Below are positions 21,830 to 32,471 of a DNA stretch of 32,471 bases, in pieces. Location of the stretch: contig NC_068984.1 in the NCBI RefSeq assembly GCF_001194135.2, positions 60,881,824-60,914,294 on the forward strand. Reading direction: 5' to 3'. A program made the translations under genes and the position numbers. The notes beneath the pieces are model-generated. The model saw only the letters and a list, made by a program, of their open reading frames with translations. It was not told the origin of the DNA and did not search any database. This DNA is from Octopus bimaculoides. Lineage: Eukaryota. The stretch's first letter is position 1; each line of letters begins with the position of its first letter.

Positions 21830-21936
21830 CTTTAGCAGATTAATGCCTATAGAGATGGCAAGAACGTTCGAAACACATGCATTCTTTCTCTAAGCCTATT
21901 GAATCATTGTGCCTAGTGAAAAGAAACCAATATTAT
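21830..21936 (-). other. Candidate spliced exon (probably non-coding)
   Basis: Acceptor gttattctatttttcttcttccag| at 21936 and donor AAG|GTAAGT at 21830. All three frames of the 107-nt form contain stops. Confidence 0.35.
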
Positions 21937-22699
21937 CTGGAAGAAGAAAAATAGAATAACATTTGTATATAGATGAGTATTCCCCAGAGTTAAATGATCT
22001 TTCAGAAATGGTTAAGTGAAGTGATATTTTTCTGAAACTTTTCTTTTAATCAAATTTTATTTCTTTACATGTTTCTTGGTGAATTTCCTAATAGACCAGG
22101 AAATTTAATCAAGTTCTGACATTGATCAATCAATAAGAGAGTAAACATCATTCAGCAGTTCAATAACACTAACGTCCGTGTAAATTTAGGTAGCCAATGT
22201 TAAACATCAAAACATTAATTTGCTCGTACAGTTTCGGTCTTGGTTTCGTGTTTTTTTAATAAACAGTCTACTCTTCTAATTCAGGTCTTCTAATTCAGTG
22301 TTGCAATTACATTTATATGTAAAGGGAAGCAGTCACTACAACAAATGTAGCGTGTTGTCTGCATTACCAGGATTACAACACCGGATAAAATAGGACAAAT
22401 CACTAAAAAAAAAAGTATAAAAACATTTCTTCTAGCAATGCTTGATTTACTCTTATATTATTGGATATTACGAAATTCCTGATTGCAAATCTCGACATAT
22501 AATTGATGTGAATGAATTATCTTGAATGTTATTTTGAAAGGCTAACCAAAACAATTAAGGGAGAAATGGAAACTTGATGTCAAAACCTATATTTTCTCAT
22601 GTGTTTGATTGTACTTTTGGGATTGTTCGCATATATTTGGAAGAAACAATCGATTTAACCATGATTTCAGTCTTTTTTGTGGAGGTTCATTACAACTAC

Positions 22700-22855
22700 C
22701 AGTTGGAAATGAAGTATGCACGTTATTTGTTCCAACTCTCTGCACTCTGTGTTCAAATCCCACCGAGGCCAACTTCACTGTTCACCCTTTCGATGGTTGA
22801 CTAAATAATGTAGCAATCCATGCAGTGGATTGGTGATATTATAATACTTGGACTT
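22700..22855 (+). mobile_element. Degenerate SINE 'family B' copy
   Basis: ctgtgttcaaatcccaccgaggccaacttcactgttcaccctttcgatggttgactaaataatgtagc aligns to the reverse complement of 27200-27300. Confidence 0.65.
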
Positions 22856-23224
22856 TCTGAGTTCTTGGATAATAATCTTAATCTGTTGTCCGGTTTAACA
22901 CCAGTACTTGGTGTCAGGCACCCTTAGTGGTGTTTGAGAGTACCTTCATCTCTTCCTCCCACAAGTTTTGGAAGCACTGGGGGGAAAATAAAGTAACATG
23001 GACGCTATCTTACTCATCGTGACTAAACTACCAATGAAGTATACGAAATTTTAGGATCGGTGGAAGGAAAAAGGCAATGAAAGTACATTTAGTCGATAAA
23101 GTTAGGTCCGAAAATGTATAATTTCTAATGCATGTTTCAGTCAAGCATTTAGCATTGAAGTAGTTAATGTGATGGATGAGGAAGAACACCGGAAACGTTT
23201 CGACGATATGCGAAGCATCGAAGT

Positions 23225-23380
23225 TGGTTCGCCCTAGTTCAGCTTTGATCAAGCAAGGACTACAATAAAATGCATTCCAGCCGTGACTATTCAGTCTTTT
23301 TTTCAGACATTGTATCAAGGATCAATTACCTAATATTTTACTTCTTAAAACAGAAGCGAATTATTTGAGCAGTGATCGTC
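23225..23380 (-). mobile_element. SINE-like 'family C' 3' part
   Basis: Exact 14-mer shared with 3776-3789 in the opposite orientation, with co-linear flanks. Confidence 0.6.
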
Positions 23381-25085
23381 TGCGAGGAGAAACACCTGAA
23401 AGCGCTTAAAAATGTAATATAACTGAACATTTCAAGAAGTGACTGCAATTATTTTCACTTTCACATTACTGAGTAACAACCCAATACTTCTGAAGTGTTC
23501 AACTTTTCTTTGATGAAGTCATCGTCTCTCTTTATGTGTAAATTTCAACAGAAATGTCTTCTCTTATATAATTTTAGTTATTGAATAATTAATTAAATGC
23601 AAGTTAATTATCTTAAGAGTCTACACTATGATCTGTAATAAAAGAAATTACATCGGTTTACATTTCAATATTACGATAACGGTCACCAAAGAATATAAGA
23701 TGGAATGTGCTAAAGAGGAGGAATATGAATGCGTAACAAATAATTAGAAACAGACTAATCAGCCAAACAGAATAAAATTAAGATAACGCGCAAACCAGTT
23801 CGCCCGGGGAGGCTCCTTACATTTACATTGAACATATAATAATTCACTTATGATATATGAACTGAGATAATTGATAATAATTTACATGTTCTCGAGTATT
23901 GATCTAATTTGTTATGATTTTCTGTTTAACATTTTCAATTGACTTGCAATCGTAATCTCTGGTGAGTTCTCGTATTAAGTCCAGTATACGTTAGTGTAAA
24001 ACTATATAACAAAAGTACACTAAGCTACACAGAAAAGAAATGGCAATGGTTCACTCACCTATACTTTCCAACTACAAGCTCACAGGAGTGTGGATTTCCT
24101 CTTTGTGTCTCTTATATAATAATAATAATATAATAATATAGTACAACGATCCCGATTCTTCTGAATCAGCTGCATATAGCGGCTCACTTGCCTCTCTTTA
24201 TTTCGTTATTGTTACTGTGTCCTTCAAGACCAGCACGACACATATCTCTCAGTCTTTCCTTTCTAAATCTTCAATACTCGTGAATGTATTTACCGCCTTT
24301 ATTTTATCTGTAGATTTTCACTGAATGTCAGTCAATCAAATCTCTTATTTGGACGAGGAACAATAGTTAAGAACGCGGAAACAATTCTTTGCTGAAGTTC
24401 GAAGACAAAATATATTAACAGCATGTACTCCACATTAGTAGGATTCATACATAACTTAAACGAATTATACAATGCTAATTATGTTTTAGTATCTCTCCAG
24501 ATTTAGAAAACTATCCTTCATCGAATTTGAAATTTTTAAATAATTATATGGTATCTCAGTAATTATATTTCAGAGAAGACAAAATGCCAATCTTTTATTA
24601 TAATACTTCATTATAAACAATATTTCCAATTAATTTTACATTAGGCATTAATACGTACATTATATTTTCTTTATTTAAATTTGAAGGATTCGCATATAAT
24701 TCAATGAGTTAATTTTAACATATTTAATGCACGTGGGTAAAACAACATTAGTTAAATACAAGTATTATTTTCCTGTAGTTGGCTACTGAAAAAATTCCAT
24801 TCCGAGTAACATACCATCTTAATCTGATTTCTTGCCGAAGTAATGATGCAAGTATCATTAATTAAATGTATAGCATTGTACATTTGCGGGTATGAAAATT
24901 AAATTCTTCAGAGAAGCCATTAATATGAAAACGAGTATGTTAAAATTGGAGTATCTGAGTCTTCAAACATACAACTTTAGTGCTGAAGTTTTTTGAAAAT
25001 AGCATTGTAAAACAAAGCCTAAAAATAAATATCTCTTGAATTGGTCAAGAGAAGTTGGTGGTGACCGTTTCCAAATTAATTGTTG

Positions 25086-25114
25086 TATCTATCTATCTAT
25101 CTATCTATCTATCT
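25086..25114. repeat. (TATC)n microsatellite
   Basis: Read directly. Confidence 0.95.
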
Positions 25115-25204
25115 CTTTTCAGAATAAGTTTTTATAGCTACTGTATTTTAACAAGTTAATACTAAATGTTTAATTTGTTGATATTGCTTGTAGTTATAAG
25201 CAGG

Positions 25205-25545
25205 TGCTGGCGTAGTGGACATGCTACCCGAATATTTCGGTCCAGCTGATTGCTATGGATTCTCAGGCGGATTTTATTATGTTTTAATGCTGTTGAACGG
25301 TACTGTCCTGGTGTCGAAACCATAGTGATATCCGCTTGCTAGTTGATGAAGGGAATGCATATTTGTTGTGCTTGTTTGGCAAATTGTTTATGTCTTAGTC
25401 TCGTTATTCTGAGTTGTCTTTTGTTCTAGTAAAATGGAAGGCGTTTGTGGATTCATGGTATGTGAAGATTATTTATATTGATGGTGGTTTGACTTCATTG
25501 ATAATGTCTTTAAGCTTGGATAACGCTTAGATACTGAGTTCTGAT
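25205..25545 (-). mobile_element. Possible Penelope-like element 3' end with decayed hammerhead-like motif
   Basis: Minus peptide [19 protein letters not shown] weakly recalls a GIY-YIG C-terminus. Downstream lies CTGAGAA-tcca..tgga-ccGAAA-tattc. Weak, by-eye evidence only. Confidence 0.3.
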
Positions 25546-25567
25546 CTTGTGCGGTTCTGTGGCGTGT

Positions 25568-25610
25568 ACACACACACACACACACCCACCCATATATATA
25601 TATATATATA

Positions 25611-25646
<36 letters not shown>

Positions 25647-25730
25647 AATATACATATATATATATATATACATGTATGTACGTGTGTGTATATGCTTGTG
25701 TGTGTATGTGTGTGCATGTATATGTACATA
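25568..25730. repeat. Compound (AC)n/(AT)n/(TG)n microsatellite
   Basis: Read directly. Confidence 0.95.
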
Positions 25731-26102
25731 TGCTTTTCCAGACTTGAATTTCTTTCTGTCTTGGCTATTCAAATTTGTTTGCGTTTTTGTTACTTTCTTT
25801 GCTTGAACCGATGCCTTGAACTAACACTCCTTTCTACTTATTACTTCACATTCCTCCATTATTTACATATTCATTACTGTTAATTTAATTTTCTCACTCT
25901 CATTACTCCCAATCTAATTATTCACCACTATTAACAATGCTTTGCTTTCGTTCTAACGATGGATCTTGTCAATAGCTTTAGGCCTCGTCTTTTTCTTAGT
26001 AACAATATTATTTATTTCCCTTTGTAAAGATTTTGTCCCTTACTATTTGACAGAGCAGGTGATCCTTGTTTCCCTGGTGTTTTTGCATCCTCTCCTTTCT
26101 CT

Positions 26103-26472
26103 TGTTCTCTTTTACTTGTTTTAGTAATTTGACTGTGGCTATGTTTGGACATTTCTTAAAATTGTAGTACTTATGATACGATTATTATATGCTTATTATA
26201 TCAAACTCTTTTGCCAAAACTGCTTACCCTTGGGAGATATAAACAATGAANNNNNNNNNNNNNNNNNNNNNNNNNNNNNNNNNNNNNNNTACACACACAC
26301 ACACACACACACGACAAGCTTTCAAAGTTTCCGTATACTAAATTCACTCACAAACCATTGGTCGACCAGAGGTTATAGTAGAAGACATTTACTTAAAGTG
26401 CCACTCAATGGGGCAAACATGAAAATTATGTGGTGGAAAAGCAAGCCTCTGAACCGCACAATAATGCGTACG
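26103..26472 (-). mobile_element. SINE 'family A' copy spanning the 39-N gap (26251-26289)
   Basis: The reverse complement of 26313-26472 matches the family head. The reverse complement of 26103-26250 (ggcaaaagag..gata.aataag..ccacagtcaaattactaaaacaagtaaaaga) matches the 3' half at 16690-16860. The gap abuts the internal (AC)n. Confidence 0.8.
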
Positions 26473-26604
26473 TTAATGCAAAAAAAGAACAAGAACAGAA
26501 AATCAAAAAAAAACAAAATGAAAATGGCTAGAACAGTGAAAGTAAAATAAAAGAGTTAATAGCAAAGAAAATTCATCCATACAGAGTTATATAGCAGAGA
26601 AAAT

Positions 26605-26811
26605 TCACACATAGTATCAAAAAGTTCACGGGCTAGTTATGTTTAATAAAAAATAACGTATTTACCTAATAAAAAATAACGTATTTACTTAATAAAAAAT
26701 AACGTATTTACCTTCGAAATAGTTACCTTGCGCAGCAATACACCAGTTCTAGCGTTCCTGCCACTTTTGAAATACGGCCTGGAAGTCGTTTTCCGTAAGG
26801 GAGTCGAGGGC
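26605..26811 (-). mobile_element. Mariner 3'-end fragment (different subfamily from 14282-15586) with TIR-like end
   Basis: Minus strand translates ALDSLTENDFQAVFQKWQER*NWCIAAQGNYFEGK, the conserved mariner C-terminus. TIR-like tatcaaaaagttcacgggct near 26615-26634. Confidence 0.8.
26644..26712. repeat. 3 x 23-bp tandem repeat inside the mariner subterminal region
   Basis: taataaaaaataacgtatttac(c/t/c) at 26644, 26667 and 26690. Confidence 0.95.
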
Positions 26812-26821
26812 TATATAGATC

Positions 26822-26852
<31 letters not shown>

Positions 26853-27191
26853 CTCTCTCTATATATATATATTTATATTTATATATGTATATATAGTTTT
26901 GCAATCTAAAGAAGAATCATATTTGAATATTTTATGATATCCACTGCTAAAGGAAACAAAATTTCAAATTTAGATGTTTTAAATTTGAGCAGTGAAAACC
27001 ACGTTCAGTGGTTTCTTTATATTTTTAAATACATTTATACATATCAAGTAATCCCTGTATTTATGAAGAATCAAATCTACAACTATATTTTTCTATCGTT
27101 TCGAGTATTTGTTAAATGTACAGAGGAAACTAATATTTATTTCTTTATTTTTCACAGGGAGCTAAACATAGAGGGGACAAACAAAGACACA

Positions 27192-27367
27192 AAGGGTTTA
27201 AGTCTATGAAATCGACCCCAGTGCGTAAATGGTGCTTATCTAATCGACCCCGAAAGGATGAAAGGTAAAGTCGATCACGGCGGAGTTTGAACTCAGAACG
27301 TAGCGGCAGACGGAATACCGCTAAGCATTTCGCCCGGTGTGAGAACGATTCTGCCAGCTCGCCGCCC
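27192..27367 (-). mobile_element. SINE 'family B', best-preserved copy
   Basis: Minus strand: ggcggcgagctggcagaatcg..gcttagcggtattccgtc..gttctgagttcaaactcc (B-box-like)..ggggtcga twice in the 3' part. Confidence 0.85.
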
Positions 27368-28069
27368 TACGGAGGAAGCTAATTTTGAACCTACCACACA
27401 AAGGTAGGCTGGTAATAGCTAGAATACTTGTCGAAGAATGTGTTCTATATACAGGGGAATATTTCTCACATAGGCGAACGCCATCAGAGAATGTTTGAGT
27501 TAGGAATCTGCAGACAACTGACTATAAAGCGCATACAAAGGGAAGTGCTAAAGCCTTCACAATGCTCACACGAACAATGCCACCAGTAATAATCGGAAAT
27601 AATCCAGAAAGGTAGATGACTTGGTGGAAAAATAACAGACACCAACAGCAATAATAAAAAGCCTTAAGTTACCGTTGTTATTTTCTTTGTCCACGTCACA
27701 GGTCTGCACAGAGTATATTTATTAATAAGCATTTTATGTACGAATACTGTGAATATCTAAAATTCTGCAATATATTACTAATGGAATAACAAACATCTTT
27801 ATAGAACTAGAAATATTTATTATCACGCACAAGATTCATATAGCAATAATACTGGAAGCATTCTTACAATTAAAACTCAGAACCTCCACTATTCCAGAGT
27901 TATGCTTAAATAAGGTTAGGCGACGCTTTCTTGAAGGAGATGGTCTGATAAATGAAAAACATGATAAATGCAGTATACAGATATCACAAATAACATTTGT
28001 AAACTTATTGAATACATTACATCAGAATACAATCTTTCATAATAAAAATAGAAACATGATTCATTTAAT

Positions 28070-28293
28070 ATTAGTTTCAAATTTTGGTACAAGACCAGCA
28101 ACTTCGGGGAGGGGATAAATCCAGTATGTAGACACTAGTGTTCAATTATTACTTATTTATTGTTCAGTTAGACTCTGAAGGGATCAAGCGCTATGTCAAC
28201 CTCGGTTGAATTTGAACTCATAACGTAAAGACGGACGAAATGCCATTAAGCATTTTCCCCAGCATGCTAATGCTTCTGCCAGCTCTTCACCTT
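28070..28293 (-). mobile_element. SINE 'family B' copy with 3' extension
   Basis: tttgaactcataacgtaaagacggacgaaatgccattaagcatttt..ttctgccagctc matches 27287-27360 in the same orientation. Confidence 0.8.
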
Positions 28294-30183
28294 GGGTTGA
28301 TTTAATATTATAGACTTATAAATATCATAATCGACTTCACCAAATGACCCACTAGGTAACACACTCCAACGACAACACATTACCACTCTGACAAAAACTA
28401 CCGATGAGGAAGATTCCAATGCATTCAATACCTGGTTTACAAAAAGAAACAACTTTAGCGTGCGAATAATACTTTAGATCCATCATGAGTTAACTCCAAT
28501 TCTTTATAATAAAGAACAGTAAACTTCTAATTACACAAAACGATGCGTTACACATCATAATAGATTGTACTGAGATCTAACAGTCTCCTTACAAACCAAA
28601 ATAATTATAATAAAAAAAGAAAGAACAATTGAACATAATAATGGTACGGCTGTTTCTTGCAGTATTCTTCAAAGTCTACCGTAGTCCCCGTCACTACAAG
28701 AAGAACCTCCATACACTCCAGACATATACAGCACTTCGATGTACAATCACGACAACAATGAAAACATTATCTCGCCTATTTAGTGTGAACTAGCAAGAGG
28801 AACACATAATGCAGAAATAATGACAACATTATTAACTTCGCAAGTGCCAAAGACTTTGTTGAGATACACACTATCAGCAATAAGTGCGGAGAAACAGCAA
28901 CAGTCGAGGCCTGACCAAGTTCATCCTGCTCACTTTTTCTGTGGGTGCCACTGTTATCTATAGAGTAATCAGTAAAGAGATTGCATTATGTCCAGACTAT
29001 AACCACTACCCTTAATTTACAAGTTTACAAAACTAGAATAGACAGCAGACATATTACACACCATAAAGTTAACACTGTATCGAAATATGTAGCACAATCC
29101 TCACTAAATCAAAATTATGTTTTAGCTGAGAATATCGGTTTCTGATAATTCTGTGTGACTTAGAATCGTTCGATGAAATCTAAACTGAGCTACACAACAT
29201 TATCAACCATAACAGTAAAAAAAAGATGAAATTAATGAGTTAGAAAATTTAAGTTAGAGCGTGAATATAAACTTTGAACATTCTAACCGAATAGCTAATT
29301 CGCTACATTATGATCGTTTCATATATAACATTATATTATATTTTCTTTTATTTCTATAAATTACAGCGAATGAGCGATAATTCGTCACATGGTGTTGAGT
29401 AAAAATAGAAACAGTTTTAGACACCAGTTTGGATACGGCTTTCAGTTTATCAGGTTACAAGCATTAACAACGCTGTCAGATATTTAACACATTTGATTTG
29501 AATCAACTTCAGAGGACATTTGAAATAAAATATCTTCGTTATAAATAATTCCAAAATAAAATACCGACACCCATTTAACTTTTAGGGTACTAAATATTTG
29601 GGCTAAAGGCGAATGAATCTTTTATATGACTTGTCATTCTAAAAGAGAAATGAAAATATCTCTAACATTTTTCTTATTTCATTGCTTCCTTCCTCGAAAC
29701 TATCTTGACAGATTGACTTCAAATAACAACGAAAAAAGCTATTCTTAAATTATTGATTTCGAATATAACTTTTCCTTCCAGCTTTTTATCAGCATTATTC
29801 AGTATTCATTTCTACCTTTTAAAAAGTACTCAAATTTCTATTTTTGGTCATGTACAGATTTATCTCCTCGTGTAACCTTCCACAAATATAAGAATACAAA
29901 ATAAAAAAATGATGCTGCTTAAAATAGTATATAATAACTAATGGCGTACAAAACGCTGGCAAAGCCATAAATATTAGTTTAGAATCCAATTTTTGCATCC
30001 GACTATCTAGAAAAGGGAAGTGTATTGAATGTCTTCAAAGTCTAACAGTTTATAAGATTGCAATTACTTCTTCCGCAAAAGTAACAAAATAATTGATGGT
30101 AAAACTTTAGCGAAAATTAAACAAATATAGGTAAAGCAAAATATATAAAAATCAAAATCACAATCGTTAAAAAATTTGTCTAT

Positions 30184-30272
30184 TTTATATATANNNNNNN
30201 NNNNNNNNNNNNNNNNNNNNNNNNNNNNNNNNNNNNNNNNNNNNNNNNNNNNNNNNNNNNNNNNNNNNNNNN

Positions 30273-30313
<41 letters not shown>

Positions 30314-30490
30314 TGATGGACGTGCACACATGTAAGATATACAATATACTTATTTATAGACATACACATGTCTATATCTATCTGTCTATCGATCAATCTC
30401 TCTGTCTGTCTGTATGTATGTCTATCTGTCTGTCTACCTCTCTCTCTCTCTCTGTCTACCTCTCTTTCTCTCTATCTATCTATATATGTA
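30184..30490. repeat. (AT)n - 79-N gap (30194-30272) - (TG)n, then (TCTG/TC/TATC)n field
   Basis: Read directly. Confidence 0.9.
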
Positions 30491-30607
30491 CACAATATCT
30501 CTCTATACACAGTGATTCAGTTTACATATAATAGAGCCCAATCGTGAAGCAGACTTGAATATATATATTTCTTTCAGAGTAATAGTAAATAAACAGAAAT
30601 ATATTCC

Positions 30608-30640
30608 CACGCACGCACGCACGCACGCANNNNNNNNNNA

Positions 30641-30671
<31 letters not shown>

Positions 30672-30682
30672 CTACACACACA
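30608..30682. repeat. (GCAC)n/(AC)n around a 10-N gap (30630-30639)
   Basis: Read directly. Confidence 0.9.
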
Positions 30683-32274
30683 CAACACATATGAATAACA
30701 ACAGAATTAGTATTAATACCAAAGGTGATCGTTGTAATCAACTTAACGTTCGTGTATTAAAATACAGAATACTGCGTTATTTACCTTGAGAGAACCTCTC
30801 ATTTGGAAGCATGGTGCATATTTTGTATGCTTGGCAAACGAGAATCGTTTGCTACGGGTGTCGGAACAGTCAGGACAAGTGATTTCGCCCTACCCATATT
30901 CCTCACTGGTAGCCGTCCTGTAGTGACGTTATTTTTTTTTAATTATTTAATTATTTTTTAGTATCTTTTAATAAGCCTGCCGGCTATTTATATTATATAT
31001 ATGTATATGTGTATTATACATATAGTTGTATACATACATTCATGCATGCGTGTGCGAGTGCATGTATGTATGAGTATAAATTTGCATGTGTGTGTATACA
31101 TTTAGACACTTGAAAGAGGTGTGCTAAAGTTGAAATAATAAAGTAACTAACGTTGGGGCATTCTAAAAGTGATCTTTTAATTGGAAACATAAAAACAAGA
31201 ATCTTGTGGCAAATGAGAAGGGGAGATAATTTGGAGTAGTTAAGAATTAATTTCACAGAAAATTAAACACTGATGCTTTAGGGAAAATTTTTCTCTTTGT
31301 TAATAGGCATTTTAGTATATGTTACTGTAACTTTATATTTGATAACATGAAGTTCAGAGAAGCCGAAACAAATAGTTAGATAAGTAACAACTTTAGAAAT
31401 TTTATTTGATAAATGAAATTAAATATACCGTAGAGTTACATTAATATGAAATATATATGATATATGTACGCGCATATATAGATACATACACACATATATA
31501 TATACACCAAAGACACACTCACATAAATCTCAAATATATTTGTCTTTTTTAAACCATTATAATTTGTTTTTCCATTCTTATATTTCATAGTATAATGTAT
31601 TTAGATTCTTAAACCGCAATACACGTCCTGACTTGAAACCTCGTAGTTATAAGAAGTATATAATTTTCATCATGTTATTACATTAAGCTGTTAACTCGAG
31701 AGACAAAACATTGACAGCACTATAGATACTATGCAAAAGAATATAAAAAAAATCGTTTAGATGCTAGTCTCTTCTTTGTCTTATTGTTCTTGTTGCAGTT
31801 TTGTTGCCTAGCACCAAGTCTGTTCAGATGGAGTTCGGCCATGAAGTTTCCGACTTTTTGTTTTTAATCGGAAGAGCACTTCTATGAATACATTGAATTA
31901 AAAGTATATGATAGGTTGTACGTGAAATCTGTGTATTGGTACACCATCCCACCTGGTCCTTGGTGTTCTTTACCAGCAGGTACCCTGTCGCACATATACA
32001 TACCAATGTCTTCCTTATCAGGAAACCTTATATCACGATACACTGTTTCTTGCTGCTACAACTATTAGTCATGTTCTCTTCCTATATCAGCACCGCCATC
32101 TTTAGAGGCTCCAGAAAAGACATAAACCATCTAAAAAAGACATAAAGCATCTTTACTACGGAAATTAGACATCTCTCAAAATTTCATTATCCTCAACTGC
32201 AGAAAGCTGTTTTGTATACTAATTATCTTTAGTTGAGGTCTGTTACCTTTGAAATTGTGTGTTGCTGGCATATA

Positions 32275-32436
32275 GGTGCAGGAGTGGCTGTGTGGTAAGA
32301 AGCTTGCTTCTCAATGACATGGTTCTGGGTTCAGTCCCACAGCGTGGCACTTTGGGCCGGTGCCTTCTATTATAGCCTCGGGCCGACCAAAGCCTTGTGC
32401 GTAGAATTGGTAGATGGAAATTGAAAGACTCCAGTC

Positions 32437-32471
<35 letters not shown>
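32275..32471 (+). mobile_element. SINE 'family A' 5' half, truncated by the window end inside its internal (TA)n
   Basis: ggtgcaggagtggctgtgtggtaagaagcttgcttc..ggttcagtcccac..ccgaccaaagccttgtgcgt matches 16456-16612. (TA)n from 32438. Confidence 0.9.

Noticed and set aside
26644-26712. CRISPR-like direct repeats
   Set aside because: The units are contiguous with no spacers, lie within a mariner end, and the context is eukaryotic.

Overview
Eukaryotic, AT-rich, microsatellite-dense non-coding DNA. It is most likely coleoid cephalopod (Octopus-type short-read assembly); this is inferred from the SINE families and repeat landscape, not from a database search. Six N-gaps total 992 N. I cannot support any intact protein-coding gene: the long ORFs in the track are low-complexity, gap-spanning or antisense-to-repeat artefacts. 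The window is a layered transposon graveyard. It holds a nested R4/Dong-like (RLE) LINE complex at 10.7-12.6 kb, in which one LINE sits in the (TAA)n tail of another and a CORE-SINE with a clean 9-bp TSD interrupts the ORF. It also holds a full-length fossil DD34D mariner plus a second mariner 3' end, an RTE 3' end with a C2H2 finger, a CR1/Jockey-like endonuclease remnant, and two tandem Helentron-type non-autonomous elements. At least four tRNA-derived or SINE-like families are present, with visible domain shuffling. Weaker signals are a possible Penelope end with a decayed hammerhead-like motif and several minus-strand splice-site pairs, the best at 21830-21936, which suggest the window may be intronic or UTR sequence of a minus-strand transcript. 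I found no compelling wholly new system; the best leads concern TE targeting, TE modularity and possible cryptic exons.
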